64,000 nt of DNA from an uncultured Methanosarcinales archaeon (GCA_964397315.1 CAYNHV010000004.1:1081-65080); one strand, 5' to 3'. Shown: positions 1 through 7,921, numbered from the stretch's first letter. Notes: a model not told the origin generated them from the sequence alone. Program-made: numbers and translations.

Positions 1-19
1 CTTGATTAATTCCTGCCTG

Positions 20-934
20 CTAGACCGTTATGCCAGCTCTCCTGCTGTCAAGCATTGAGCCTACTCCCTGGCCTATTGAGAATGACTGCCTTGAGATCAC
101 TCCTGAGAATATATCAATAATGCCCTTATCCCTCCCGTAGTTCCTGATAGAGGGAGTTATGTTAAGATTCTCCCTTATGTATGACTCTGCCTCAGGCATG
201 CCTCCGAGCTCGTCAACAAGCCCAAGCTCCCTGGCCTTCCTGCCTGTGAAGAACATTCCAGTCCTTATCTCCTCAACCTGCTCCTCAGAGAGGTTCCTGT
301 TCTCTGCCACGCTGGAGACGAACTCCTCATGGATACTGTCCAGCACGCTCTGGAGCATTCTCTTCTCCTCAGGCTTCAGCTCCCTCAATGGAGTGCCTAT
401 GTCCTTGTATTCTCCTGCAACAAGCCTTTCATAGCTCACGTTGAACCTGTCAAGCAGCCCGGAGAACTCAAGATAAGAGCTGAAAACCCCTACTGAGCCT
501 GTCATGGACATGCTGTTGGCAATTATATGGTCTGCTGCAGAAGCCACCCAATAGCCTCCTGAAGCTCCGACATCCCTTATGACTGCAACTGTTGTCTTGT
601 TAGCCTCCCTGACCGCCCTGGCTATCTCATCAGACGCGACAGCAGATCCTCCTGGAGAGTTGACGTTTATTATTATGGCCCTGACAGCAGGGTTCTGGTC
701 AGCTTCTTCTATGAAACCTGTTATGTCAGATGATGACGCGTATTCTGAGAAAGGGGTTGACCTGCTCACTATTATAGGGCCTTTGACATTTATCATAGCT
801 GTGTTTCCTGCACCTGAATCACCTGCAAAAAAGCTGATGACAGATGAAAGGACAATGCTGAGCAGGAAGAGCGCAGCTATCACAACCACCATTACAGCCC
901 ATTTATTCATGTCTTTTTTTCTTTTTCCGACCAT
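20..934 (-). CDS. sppA: Signal peptide peptidase SppA (S49 family, 36K type), membrane anchored
   Basis: 304-aa ORF. N-terminal TM helix followed by S49 hallmarks (INVNSPGGSAVASDEI, DVGASGGYWVASAAD, SMTGSVGV, GEYKD). Confidence 0.85.
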   Translation of the reverse strand: MVGKRKKDMNKWAVMVVVIAALFLLSIVLSSVISFFAGDSGAGNTAMINVKGPIIVSRSTPFSEYASSSDITGFIEEADQNPAVRAIIINVNSPGGSAVASDEIARAVREANKTTVAVIRDVGASGGYWVASAADHIIANSMSMTGSVGVFSSYLEFSGLLDRFNVSYERLVAGEYKDIGTPLRELKPEEKRMLQSVLDSIHEEFVSSVAENRNLSEEQVEEIRTGMFFTGRKARELGLVDELGGMPEAESYIRENLNITPSIRNYGRDKGIIDIFSGVISRQSFSIGQGVGSMLDSRRAGITV

Positions 935-965
935 AATTATGCCTCAGTTATGCTCAGGGTGCGCT

Positions 966-1211
966 TCAAGAGCTTCCATTATTTAAATGTAACCTAAAAT
1001 ACTCGTTCAGGCACACCAGCAGGAATGAGGCTGCCGACGCTGTGAAAAACGCCGCTATGCAGAGCCTTTTCCTGAGCTTCGCGGAAGAGTCAATCCTAAG
1101 TATCTTATGAAGGGCAAAAAGCTGCAGGTGGGTGAATGCGTAAAAAACGCCTCCTGCAAGAACAGGGATTGCTGCAAAAACAAGAATGCTCCTTAACACC
1201 ACCCATCTCAC
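966..1211 (-). CDS. Small hydrophobic protein, unknown function
   Basis: 81-aa ORF with two predicted TM stretches. No recognisable family; it could be spurious. Confidence 0.3.
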   Translation of the reverse strand: MRWVVLRSILVFAAIPVLAGGVFYAFTHLQLFALHKILRIDSSAKLRKRLCIAAFFTASAASFLLVCLNEYFRLHLNNGSS

Positions 1212-1266
1212 CCCCCTTGATTATTAACGCTCGCCTTACATTCATACATCTCTCTTTAATCCTTGT

Positions 1267-2388
1267 TCAGGAAACAGTGTATCCGTTCCCGTCGCTCCTG
1301 ACAATTATTGTTCCATTCTGGTCTGTTCTCAGCACACTGGCGCCGTGGCTCTTCAGCTTCGCTATTGTATCCGCATAGGAGGCGCTGATTTCATGGTCAT
1401 GTCTGATGTCGCTTTCATCATCAGGAGTGATTATCGCCAGCTTCGGATCAACATTGCTCAGGAATGATGATGATATTGACCTGTTCCCGCTGTAATGCCC
1501 CACCTTTAGGATGTCTGCACTGAGGTCATACCCCTCAAGCTTCTGCTCGCACTCAAGTCCGCAGTCGCTCATGAAAAGGAATGTGATGTTGCCGTGCACC
1601 AGCTTTGTTATTATTGAATTGTCCCCTGTCCGGTTCATGTACCCATCCTTGTAGGGGATTATAAGCTCAAGCCTGGCCCTGTCCTCGCCATCCAGGTCCA
1701 CTTCCACATCCTTCTCTGCGGTTATGAACATCCCTTTGCTTTCGCCCATGTCATGGAAGGCCTTGTAAGCCTGTGAGCTGCTGCCCTGGCCGTTATCATA
1801 GACCTCTGAAACCTGGTTCATGTTGTAGAGGATTGAGTCAAGGCCGCCTATGTGCTCCAGCCGGGGATTGGTGCCTACCATAACATCAAGCTTAAGGTTA
1901 ACGCCGTAATTCCTCAGGTACTGGGTTACGGCAGCTCCTGCATTGTCAGGGCCGCCGTCTATGAGGACGGTCTTGTTGGACGGAGTCATTATGAATATGG
2001 AATCCCCATATCCCACGTCAATAAAGCTCACAGAAAGCTCTCCTGCATCTCCCTGAATCGCAGGCATTGTATTGTTTTCCTGAACATTCTCTTTCACAAT
2101 CACGTCTGTTATTCCCTCTCCTCCAGATGATTTATTGCTGTCACCATCCTTATCACTGCCGCCTTTTTTTCCTGAGCTGGATATGTTCACCACCACCTGC
2201 TCAATCTCTGCAGCCCTGTTCTCTACTGATGGATTAGACGAGCTGTTGCTTTCATAAGCCTGCTGCGCATTTCCTGAATCATTAAGGGGGCTGCTGTTGA
2301 TTATTCCCCCTCCTTCAGAGCATCCAGCGGCAAGAATCAAGACCGCTAAAAATACAACCTCCAGTCCCTTCACAAGTCCTTTTTCCAT
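1267..2388 (-). CDS. Secreted lipoprotein with metallo-beta-lactamase fold (ComEC C-terminal-like domain)
   Basis: Lipobox-like LAAGCSEGG after a signal helix, then an S/N/G-rich linker and an MBL-like core (SFIDVGYGDSIFI, LIDGGP, GTNPRLEHIGGLD, KVGHYSG). The usual HxHxDH metal motif reads NPRLEH, so catalysis is uncertain. Confidence 0.65.
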   Translation of the reverse strand: MEKGLVKGLEVVFLAVLILAAGCSEGGGIINSSPLNDSGNAQQAYESNSSSNPSVENRAAEIEQVVVNISSSGKKGGSDKDGDSNKSSGGEGITDVIVKENVQENNTMPAIQGDAGELSVSFIDVGYGDSIFIMTPSNKTVLIDGGPDNAGAAVTQYLRNYGVNLKLDVMVGTNPRLEHIGGLDSILYNMNQVSEVYDNGQGSSSQAYKAFHDMGESKGMFITAEKDVEVDLDGEDRARLELIIPYKDGYMNRTGDNSIITKLVHGNITFLFMSDCGLECEQKLEGYDLSADILKVGHYSGNRSISSSFLSNVDPKLAIITPDDESDIRHDHEISASYADTIAKLKSHGASVLRTDQNGTIIVRSDGNGYTVS

Positions 2389-2391
2389 GCT

Positions 2392-2886
2392 TTAAGCCTC
2401 CTCTTCTACTGTTGTTGCTGTCCTGCTCATTATCTCAAGAATCCTCTGCCTTTTACTGTTAAAGAAAAGATATATCACGTCAGCAGCCCACATCACTATA
2501 AATGGAAACACTGGAATCAGCAGCACGCTTCTCACAAGGCACTGCCAGAGCATCAGCTTTTTCCCCTCGCTCTTCACCCTTATTCTCATGATCATCTTGC
2601 CCACTGTCTGCCCTGTATAGTATTCCAGCAGGGAGAAGTAAAGAACTGCTGTCACGCCCATTGAAACACCGGTCCAAAGTATAATCCCCTGCATTGCCGG
2701 GCTGCTGACAAGCCTCTCCAGGGATGAGAATGTCAGCTCAGGGACCAGCCTGCTGAAAAGCGTCCTGAAAGGGTAGAATATTACAAGGTCAATGAGGAGA
2801 ATGTCAAGCACAAACGCAAAAGCTCTCTTAAGCGCGCCTGCAGGAACAGAAACATTGCTCTTGTCCGGAACATATTGTTGGTACAT
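2392..2886 (-). CDS. RDD family membrane protein
   Basis: 164-aa ORF. RAFAFVLDILLID then TM helices and GQTVGKMIMRIRV, typical of the RDD family. Confidence 0.7.
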   Translation of the reverse strand: MYQQYVPDKSNVSVPAGALKRAFAFVLDILLIDLVIFYPFRTLFSRLVPELTFSSLERLVSSPAMQGIILWTGVSMGVTAVLYFSLLEYYTGQTVGKMIMRIRVKSEGKKLMLWQCLVRSVLLIPVFPFIVMWAADVIYLFFNSKRQRILEIMSRTATTVEEEA

Positions 2887-3017
2887 AAGCCTCCCCCATC
2901 TTAAGATACTTCTTATCTCAAGGGCATTTCTTCAGTTTATGGCTTAAGCTCTGAACAAGGGAGGGGGTATTTAAAGGTTTTTATGAGCCCCCCACCTTCT
3001 CCAGAGTGTTCATCACT

Positions 3018-3030
3018 AAATTTATAAATA
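3018..3030 (+). promoter_or_regulatory. TATA-like box for aIF2-gamma (leaderless geometry)
   Basis: AAATTTATAAATA is centred about 27 nt upstream of ATG 3052, with no Shine-Dalgarno sequence between. Confidence 0.45.
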
Positions 3031-3051
3031 AGACCTTTTTCGTGAGTGATT

Positions 3052-4428
3052 ATGCCGGCAAAAAAAACTGATAGTGGGAAGACTGCAAAAGAAAGCAGCA
3101 AAAAATCCGCTGAAAGCAAGGAAAAGAAAAGCTCCTCCAGAGCTTCGGGAAATGCGGGGAAAGGCAGCAAAAAGGCTGTAAAGCAGGAGGAATCCCAGCC
3201 CGCCGTTAACATAGGGCTAATAGGGCATGTTGACCACGGAAAGACCACCCTGACAGAAAGGCTTTCGGGGAGGTGGACAGACACTCATTCTGAAGAGCTG
3301 AAGAGGGGCATAACCATAAGGCTGGGCTATGCTGACTCAATATTCAAGAAATGCCATAAATGCAGCGGCCACAATGCTTACACTGTTGAGACGAAATGCC
3401 CAAAGTGCGGCTCAGAAACAGAATTTGTCAGGAAAGTCAGCTTCATAGACGCGCCAGGCCATGAGAGCCTCATGGCAACAATGCTTTCAGGAGCCACTAT
3501 AATGGACGGCGCGCTTCTGATCGTGGCGGCAAACGAGTCCTGCCCCCAGCCCCAGACCTCAGAGCACCTGATGGCACTGGAGATAATGGGGGTTGAGAAG
3601 GTTATTGTCGTGCAGAACAAGATTGACATAGCAAAGAAAGAGCAGGCGATGAAGAATTATAATGAGATAAGAAAATTTCTTTCAGGAACAAGATACAAGG
3701 ACGCTCCCATAATCCCTATATCAGCAAAGCATAACATAAACACCGGAGCCCTGATACAGGCTCTTGAAGAGCACATCCCCACTCCAAAAAGGGATGAGAA
3801 GAAGGATCCCATGATGTTCATAGCCAGGAGCTTTGACATAAACAGCCCTGGAGCAAAGCCTGGAGAGCTGCAGGGGGGAATACTCGGCGGAGCTGTGGTG
3901 AGGGGAAAACTGAAGGTGGGCGACGTGATAGAGCTCCTGCCCGGAAGGAAAGTGGAAAAAGAGAACAAGGAGACATATTATCCAATAAAAACAAGAATCA
4001 CCGGCCTGAAGACAGGGGGGTTGGATGTTGAAGAGGTCCGGCCAGGAGGATCAATCGGCGTTCTAACATCCCTCGACCCTTCCATTGTGAAATCCGACTC
4101 TCTGGTGGGAAACGTGGGGGGGCATGCAGGAAAGCTGCCCCCTGTTTGGGAGAATCTTGACCTGGACATAAATCTTCTCAAGAGGGTTGTGGGAGCGAAA
4201 GAAGAGCTTGAGGTAGAGCCCGTAAAAAAGGATGAGATCCTGATGCTTAACGTGAACTCAGCAGCAACAGTGGGGTTTGTCACAGAGCTGTTCAAGGGAG
4301 GCTGCAGGTGCAGGCTGAAACGGCCGGTATGCGCTGAGACAGGAGCAAGAGTTACCATATCAAGAAGAGTAGCCAACAGGTTCAGGCTTATCGGTTATGG
4401 CATCATAAAAGAGGAAAGCGGCCAGTAG
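3052..4428 (+). CDS. eif2g: Translation initiation factor aIF2 gamma subunit with a ~50-aa K/S-rich N-terminal extension
   Basis: GTPase motifs NIGLIGHVDHGKTTL, DAPGHE, NKID. Zn-knuckle CHKC..CPKCG, plus domains II/III. The ORF track starts at GTG 3046; ATG 3052 fits the TATA spacing. Confidence 0.95.
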   Translation: MPAKKTDSGKTAKESSKKSAESKEKKSSSRASGNAGKGSKKAVKQEESQPAVNIGLIGHVDHGKTTLTERLSGRWTDTHSEELKRGITIRLGYADSIFKKCHKCSGHNAYTVETKCPKCGSETEFVRKVSFIDAPGHESLMATMLSGATIMDGALLIVAANESCPQPQTSEHLMALEIMGVEKVIVVQNKIDIAKKEQAMKNYNEIRKFLSGTRYKDAPIIPISAKHNINTGALIQALEEHIPTPKRDEKKDPMMFIARSFDINSPGAKPGELQGGILGGAVVRGKLKVGDVIELLPGRKVEKENKETYYPIKTRITGLKTGGLDVEEVRPGGSIGVLTSLDPSIVKSDSLVGNVGGHAGKLPPVWENLDLDINLLKRVVGAKEELEVEPVKKDEILMLNVNSAATVGFVTELFKGGCRCRLKRPVCAETGARVTISRRVANRFRLIGYGIIKEESGQ

Positions 4429-4504
4429 ATGCAATCATAAACTGCAATACACAAACTACGATAAGAGCAATCAGGAAGCTTAAGATTCTAATTCCTGCCA
4501 GGGC

Positions 4505-5074
4505 TCACCTGTCAACAAAAAGCCTGTGCTTGTCCTCAGCCTTGATCTCCATAAGAATCCTTCTTATTATGGTCTTCTCAGGATCAGGCATCAGCTTCAC
4601 CCTCTTCTTTATGTCTTCAAAGCTCTCAAAAGGCTTTTCCTTCCTTTCCTCTATTATCTCCCACATGTGCTTCTTGCCCAGCCCTGGAAGCAGCTCAAGC
4701 TGGTGCATTCTTGTCGTGAGGGGCTGCGCGTTATTGAAAAAGTCCACAAACCTCTTCTCGTTCTTGTGCACAAGGTCCTTCACAACATGAGGGAGCTCTG
4801 AGTTGGCAGTGGCTGTAAGCTTTTCCACTGAGAGCTTGCCTGTTATGTGGTGTATCTTGTCTCTCTTCTCCTCGCCTATGTAAACCTCTTCATATGGCTG
4901 AAGAAAAACACCCTGCTTCGGAACAAGCTCAAGAAGGGTGTAGTATTTTGTGCCGAGGGCCTGCACTATAGAAGTTTTTTTATGGGATGGCCTCTTGTCA
5001 AAGGGGTAGCCGTGCTGGAGAAAGTCAAGCACAACTGCATTTTCCTCTTTCGCCTTTCTCTCTGTGCGTTCCAT
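4505..5074 (-). CDS. DUF655 family protein (conserved archaeal RNA-binding/HhH protein next to rpoF-rpl21e)
   Basis: EENAVVLDFLQHGYP... LELVPK... FFNNAQPLTTRMHQLELLPGLGKK matches the DUF655 pattern. It has the canonical archaeal synteny with Rpo4 and L21e. Confidence 0.8.
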   Translation of the reverse strand: MERTERKAKEENAVVLDFLQHGYPFDKRPSHKKTSIVQALGTKYYTLLELVPKQGVFLQPYEEVYIGEEKRDKIHHITGKLSVEKLTATANSELPHVVKDLVHKNEKRFVDFFNNAQPLTTRMHQLELLPGLGKKHMWEIIEERKEKPFESFEDIKKRVKLMPDPEKTIIRRILMEIKAEDKHRLFVDR

Positions 5075-5135
5075 AGTCTCATTCCGCGTTCCGCGTTTGT
5101 GATGTTTTTATTATGCTGGGGGTCTTTCACCGTGG

Positions 5136-5696
5136 TCACTCTTTCTTTTCTTCTGAGATTTCTTCTTCTGAAGTCGCTTCCTCTTTTTCAGCACTTTCTG
5201 CAGGGGTTTCCCCGCTTTTGCCTTCCTCTTCTTCTCCTTTGTTTCCGCCCTCATCGCCTGATTCCGCTGATTCCTCCTGCTCAGCAGACTCTGCCGCTTC
5301 TTTCCTTTCCTTCTCCTCTTTTGCGCTCTGCTTCTTGAGCTCTTTCCTGGCCTCTTCTGCATAAGGCTTTATGGTCTCAGCAATCTTCTTGAGATTCTCG
5401 TTGGTAACTGTTATGGGATAGGCGCTGAGGACTGACTTTACCTCTTCAGGAGATTCAGGAAGTATGTCAGCAATCTTAACCATGTGCTCCTGCTTGAACC
5501 TTGGTATTCCCAGGTCCTCTATCTTCTTCATGAGCTCCTTTGCCTTGCTCAGGCTTATCATTGAGAGTGAATTGAGGTAATCCTCCATCTTCTGGGCCCT
5601 GAAGTTAAGCTCCTGGTCCCTCTCCCTGACCTTCTTGAGCTCTTCTCTCAGCTCTGACATTGCCACCGGTGTCTCAGATATTATTTTTATGGCCAT
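5136..5696 (-). CDS. rpoF: DNA-directed RNA polymerase subunit Rpo4/F with ~70-aa acidic C-terminal tail
   Basis: The N-terminal ~112 aa (VAMSELREELKKV...ELNFRAQKMEDYL...KIADILPESPEEVK) resemble Rpo4. It sits between DUF655 and L21e, as in other archaea. The tail is E/S/K-rich. Confidence 0.75.
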   Translation of the reverse strand: MAIKIISETPVAMSELREELKKVRERDQELNFRAQKMEDYLNSLSMISLSKAKELMKKIEDLGIPRFKQEHMVKIADILPESPEEVKSVLSAYPITVTNENLKKIAETIKPYAEEARKELKKQSAKEEKERKEAAESAEQEESAESGDEGGNKGEEEEGKSGETPAESAEKEEATSEEEISEEKKE

Positions 5697-5712
5697 TTTT
5701 TACCTCCAGAAG

Positions 5713-6000
5713 TTATAAGCGCCTGATGTGGGCTGGATGAGCTATAATTGTCTTCTCCTTGCCCTGATCCCTGACAAAAATCTCATAGCATTCCCCTCTC
5801 CTGGCCCCCATTGTCCCTGATTTTCCGTGGAACCTTGAAAAGTATAATCCCTTGTGCACTGACGGCTCTGCCTGAAGCATTACCTTCTCGCCAGGCTTGA
5901 ACTCATTGAAGTACCTGCTGACCCCGACCTTGCCTCTCTGTCTCCTGGGCTTGCTGAACTTGCTTCTTGACTTCTTTCTGAGGCCCCCTATCTTGGACAT
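5713..6000 (-). CDS. rpl21e: 50S ribosomal protein L21e
   Basis: MSKIGGLRKKSRSKFSKPRRQRGK...GKSGTMGARRGECYEIFV. The internal ATG at 6000 gives the canonical length. GGGGAT lies upstream, with a TATA-like TTTTTATAAT about 50 nt upstream on the minus strand. Confidence 0.9.
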   Translation of the reverse strand: MSKIGGLRKKSRSKFSKPRRQRGKVGVSRYFNEFKPGEKVMLQAEPSVHKGLYFSRFHGKSGTMGARRGECYEIFVRDQGKEKTIIAHPAHIRRL

Positions 6001-6101
6001 ATTAATCCCCCAATTAGCTTTAAAAGGTTCAGGAAACAATATAAGCTCACTATTATAAAAAGCTTTCTTTTAGTTTACAAACAGATAAACCAAAGAAAAA
6101 C

Positions 6102-6110
6102 ATTTATAAA
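6102..6110 (+). promoter_or_regulatory. TATA-like box that could drive a plus-strand transcript into the hairpin cluster
   Basis: ATTTATAAA lies in the divergent spacer, 294 nt upstream of srp54 and about 55 nt upstream of hairpin 6164-6183. Confidence 0.3.
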
Positions 6111-6163
6111 GGCACAGGAAGCAGGAAGAGAATATCAAAAAAAAATCACAGAAAACCCCCCTG

Positions 6164-6324
6164 CCAGCACCTGAAGGTGCTGGTTTGAAGGAGTTTTTTT
6201 GACAGTGAATTTTTTGGCTGCGGAAAACCAAAGGTTTTCAGCACCGTCAGAAATCCTCAAGGATTTCTGAGGTTTTCAAAAACCTTCATCTGCAGCCTGA
6301 AGGTTCCAAAACTTGTTTTCGGAA
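6164..6324 (+). other. Cluster of five or six consecutive tetraloop hairpins (candidate structured RNA or srp54 leader)
   Basis: Stems by eye: 6164-6183 (8 bp, loop TGAA, then a T-run to 6200), 6223-6239 (7 bp), 6248-6269 (9 bp, loop TCAA), 6270-6285 (6 bp, loop TCAA), 6304-6324 (8 bp plus bulge, loop CTTG). An alternative helix pairs 6281-6288 with 6298-6305. Confidence 0.4.
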
Positions 6325-6403
6325 CTAAGAAAATATGGGATATTTCCTGTTGCTGCAGTTTTCGGCTTTGTGAAAATAACAGGCAGGACCGGTAGGGGAT
6401 AAT

Positions 6404-7768
6404 ATGGTGCTGGAAAGACTGAGCAGCTCGCTTAAAGAGAGCCTGCAGAAGGTAGCCAAGTCAGTATTTGTAGATGAAAGGCTGGTAAATGAGCTTGTCA
6501 AGGACATCCAGAAGGCCCTCCTGCAGTCTGACGTCAATGTCCAGATGGTATTTGAGCTGACAAAGGGCATAAAGGAGAGGTTCATGAAGGAGGAGACTCC
6601 GGGAACAATAAGCAAGAAGGAATGGCTCATAAAGATAGTGTATGAGGAGCTGGTGAAATTCCTCGGGGAAGAGCAGGACAGGATTGAGATTGACGCAAAG
6701 AAAAAGCCCTTTAAGATAATGATGGTTGGCCTTTTCGGGAACGGAAAGACCACAACAATAGGCAAGCTCGCAAGATTCTACTCAAAGAGAGGGTATAAGG
6801 TGGCCACGCTGGGGCTGGACGTGCACAGGCCCGCGGCCCCTGACCAGCTGGCGCAGGTGTCAAAGGACGTGAATGTGCCCTGTTTTGCTGACAAGAAGGA
6901 GAAGAACGCTGCAAAGATATACAAGAAATTTGAGCAGGAGCTGGGAAAGCATGATATTGTCCTGATAGACACTGCAGGAAGGGATGCATTGTCTGATGAT
7001 CTAATAAAAGAGCTGAACGACCTCAACAAAAAGATAGGCCCTGACGAGAACCTTCTGGTCATAGGCGCTGATGTGGGGCAGGCTGCTGAAAAGCAGGCTG
7101 AGAAATTCCATGAGGCCTGCGGCATTACAGGAGTCGTGATAACAAAGCTTGACGGCACAGCAAAAGGCGGCGGGGCCATAGCTGCCTGCGCTGTAACAGG
7201 AGCAAAAGTCAAGTTCATAGGGACTGGAGAGAAGCCCGAAGACATTGAGGAGTTCAAGCCCCAGAACTTCGTGGGCAGGATACTCGGCATGGGAGATCTT
7301 GAGGCGCTTCTTGACAAGGCCAAGGAAGCCATAAGCACAGAGGAGGCAGAGGATCTCGGCAAGAAATTCCTGAAGGGGGAGTTCAACCTGATTGACCTTT
7401 ATGAGCAGATGGAGGCTATGAAGAAGATGGGGCCTTTGTCAAAAGTTATGGAGATGGTCCCGGGAATGGGGCAGCTCCAGCTGCCCAAGAACACCCTTAA
7501 TGTGCAGGAGGAGAAGCTAAAGAAGTGGAAGCACGCCATGAACAGCATGACAAAGAAAGAGCTTGAGGAGCCTGACCTGATAACCGGCTCAAGGATTGAC
7601 AGGATAGCAAATGGCGCCGGCACATCCACCTCTGATGTGAGGGACCTCATAAAGCAGTACAAGCAGAGCAAGAAGATGGTGAAGATGTTCAAGGGCGGAT
7701 CCGGAAAGGATATGCAGAAGATGATGAAAAAGATGCAGGGCATGAAAGGAATGCCCCAGCTCAAGTAG
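6404..7768 (+). CDS. srp54: Signal recognition particle protein SRP54
   Basis: N, G and M domains: MVGLFGNGKTTTIGKLA, DTAGR, TKLDGTAKGGGA, and a Met-rich C-terminus. GGGGAT lies 7 nt upstream of the ATG. Confidence 0.95.
   Translation: MVLERLSSSLKESLQKVAKSVFVDERLVNELVKDIQKALLQSDVNVQMVFELTKGIKERFMKEETPGTISKKEWLIKIVYEELVKFLGEEQDRIEIDAKKKPFKIMMVGLFGNGKTTTIGKLARFYSKRGYKVATLGLDVHRPAAPDQLAQVSKDVNVPCFADKKEKNAAKIYKKFEQELGKHDIVLIDTAGRDALSDDLIKELNDLNKKIGPDENLLVIGADVGQAAEKQAEKFHEACGITGVVITKLDGTAKGGGAIAACAVTGAKVKFIGTGEKPEDIEEFKPQNFVGRILGMGDLEALLDKAKEAISTEEAEDLGKKFLKGEFNLIDLYEQMEAMKKMGPLSKVMEMVPGMGQLQLPKNTLNVQEEKLKKWKHAMNSMTKKELEEPDLITGSRIDRIANGAGTSTSDVRDLIKQYKQSKKMVKMFKGGSGKDMQKMMKKMQGMKGMPQLK
7723..7768 (+). 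repeat. Copy 1 of the duplicated srp54 3' end (functional end of the CDS, stop TAG)
   Basis: GATGAAAAAG (7723-7732) and the 28-nt block GGCATGAAAGGAATGCCCCAGCTCAAGT (7739-7766) recur 153 bp downstream. Confidence 0.9.
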
Positions 7769-7874
7769 CATTCACTAATTAAAAAGTTTAAGAGGATGTT
7801 TATTCTACGGTCGTGGGATTGAGCGCAGCGAAATCCCACTTAGCATTGCGTGCCAGATGAGCGTAACCAGCTGT

Positions 7875-7921
7875 GATGAAAAAGCTCCAGCGGCATGAAA
7901 GGAATGCCCCAGCTCAAGTGA
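7875..7921 (+). repeat. Copy 2 of the srp54 3' end (non-coding duplicate, still ends in a stop, TGA)
   Basis: GATGAAAAAG at 7875-7884, then a diverged 8 nt, then a perfect 28-nt match at 7892-7919 followed by TGA. Confidence 0.9.

Noticed and set aside
5111-5364. Overlapping ORFs in alternative frames and strands within low-complexity coding regions (5111-5362, 5113-5364, 23175-23474, 23218-23553, 48175-49269, 52352-53143, 53213-54106 and similar)
   Set aside because: They are mirror or shifted readings of K/E/S-rich repeats in clearly supported genes (rpoF tail, K-rich gene, secreted coiled coil, 645-aa coiled coil). They have no start signals and biased, implausible compositions.
6100-6400. 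SRP (7S) RNA gene next to srp54
   Set aside because: The location is tempting, but the region is AT-rich and made of short independent hairpins. It lacks the long helix 5/8 architecture and the conserved helix-8 GNAR-loop/AGCA-type motifs. I could not fold it into an SRP RNA.
7813-7830. Shared motif GTGGGATTGAGCGCAGCG (7813) versus GTGGGATTGGGCGCAGTG (26030) as evidence of one dispersed element family
   Set aside because: The match is 16 of 18 nt. My rough estimate is that matches of this quality are expected many times by chance among all position pairs in 64 kb, and about 0.25 times even among intergenic sequence only. The flanks diverge immediately, so this is not reliable evidence.
7769-7874. 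tRNA or tRNA fragment as the integration target within the srp54 duplication insert; also 61690-61857 as a tRNA
   Set aside because: No cloverleaf can be drawn on either strand. There is no GTTCRAATC-type T-loop with a matching stem, and no D-arm or acceptor pairing. In 61690-61857 the GGGGGGTTCACATC stretch has no complementary 3' arm.
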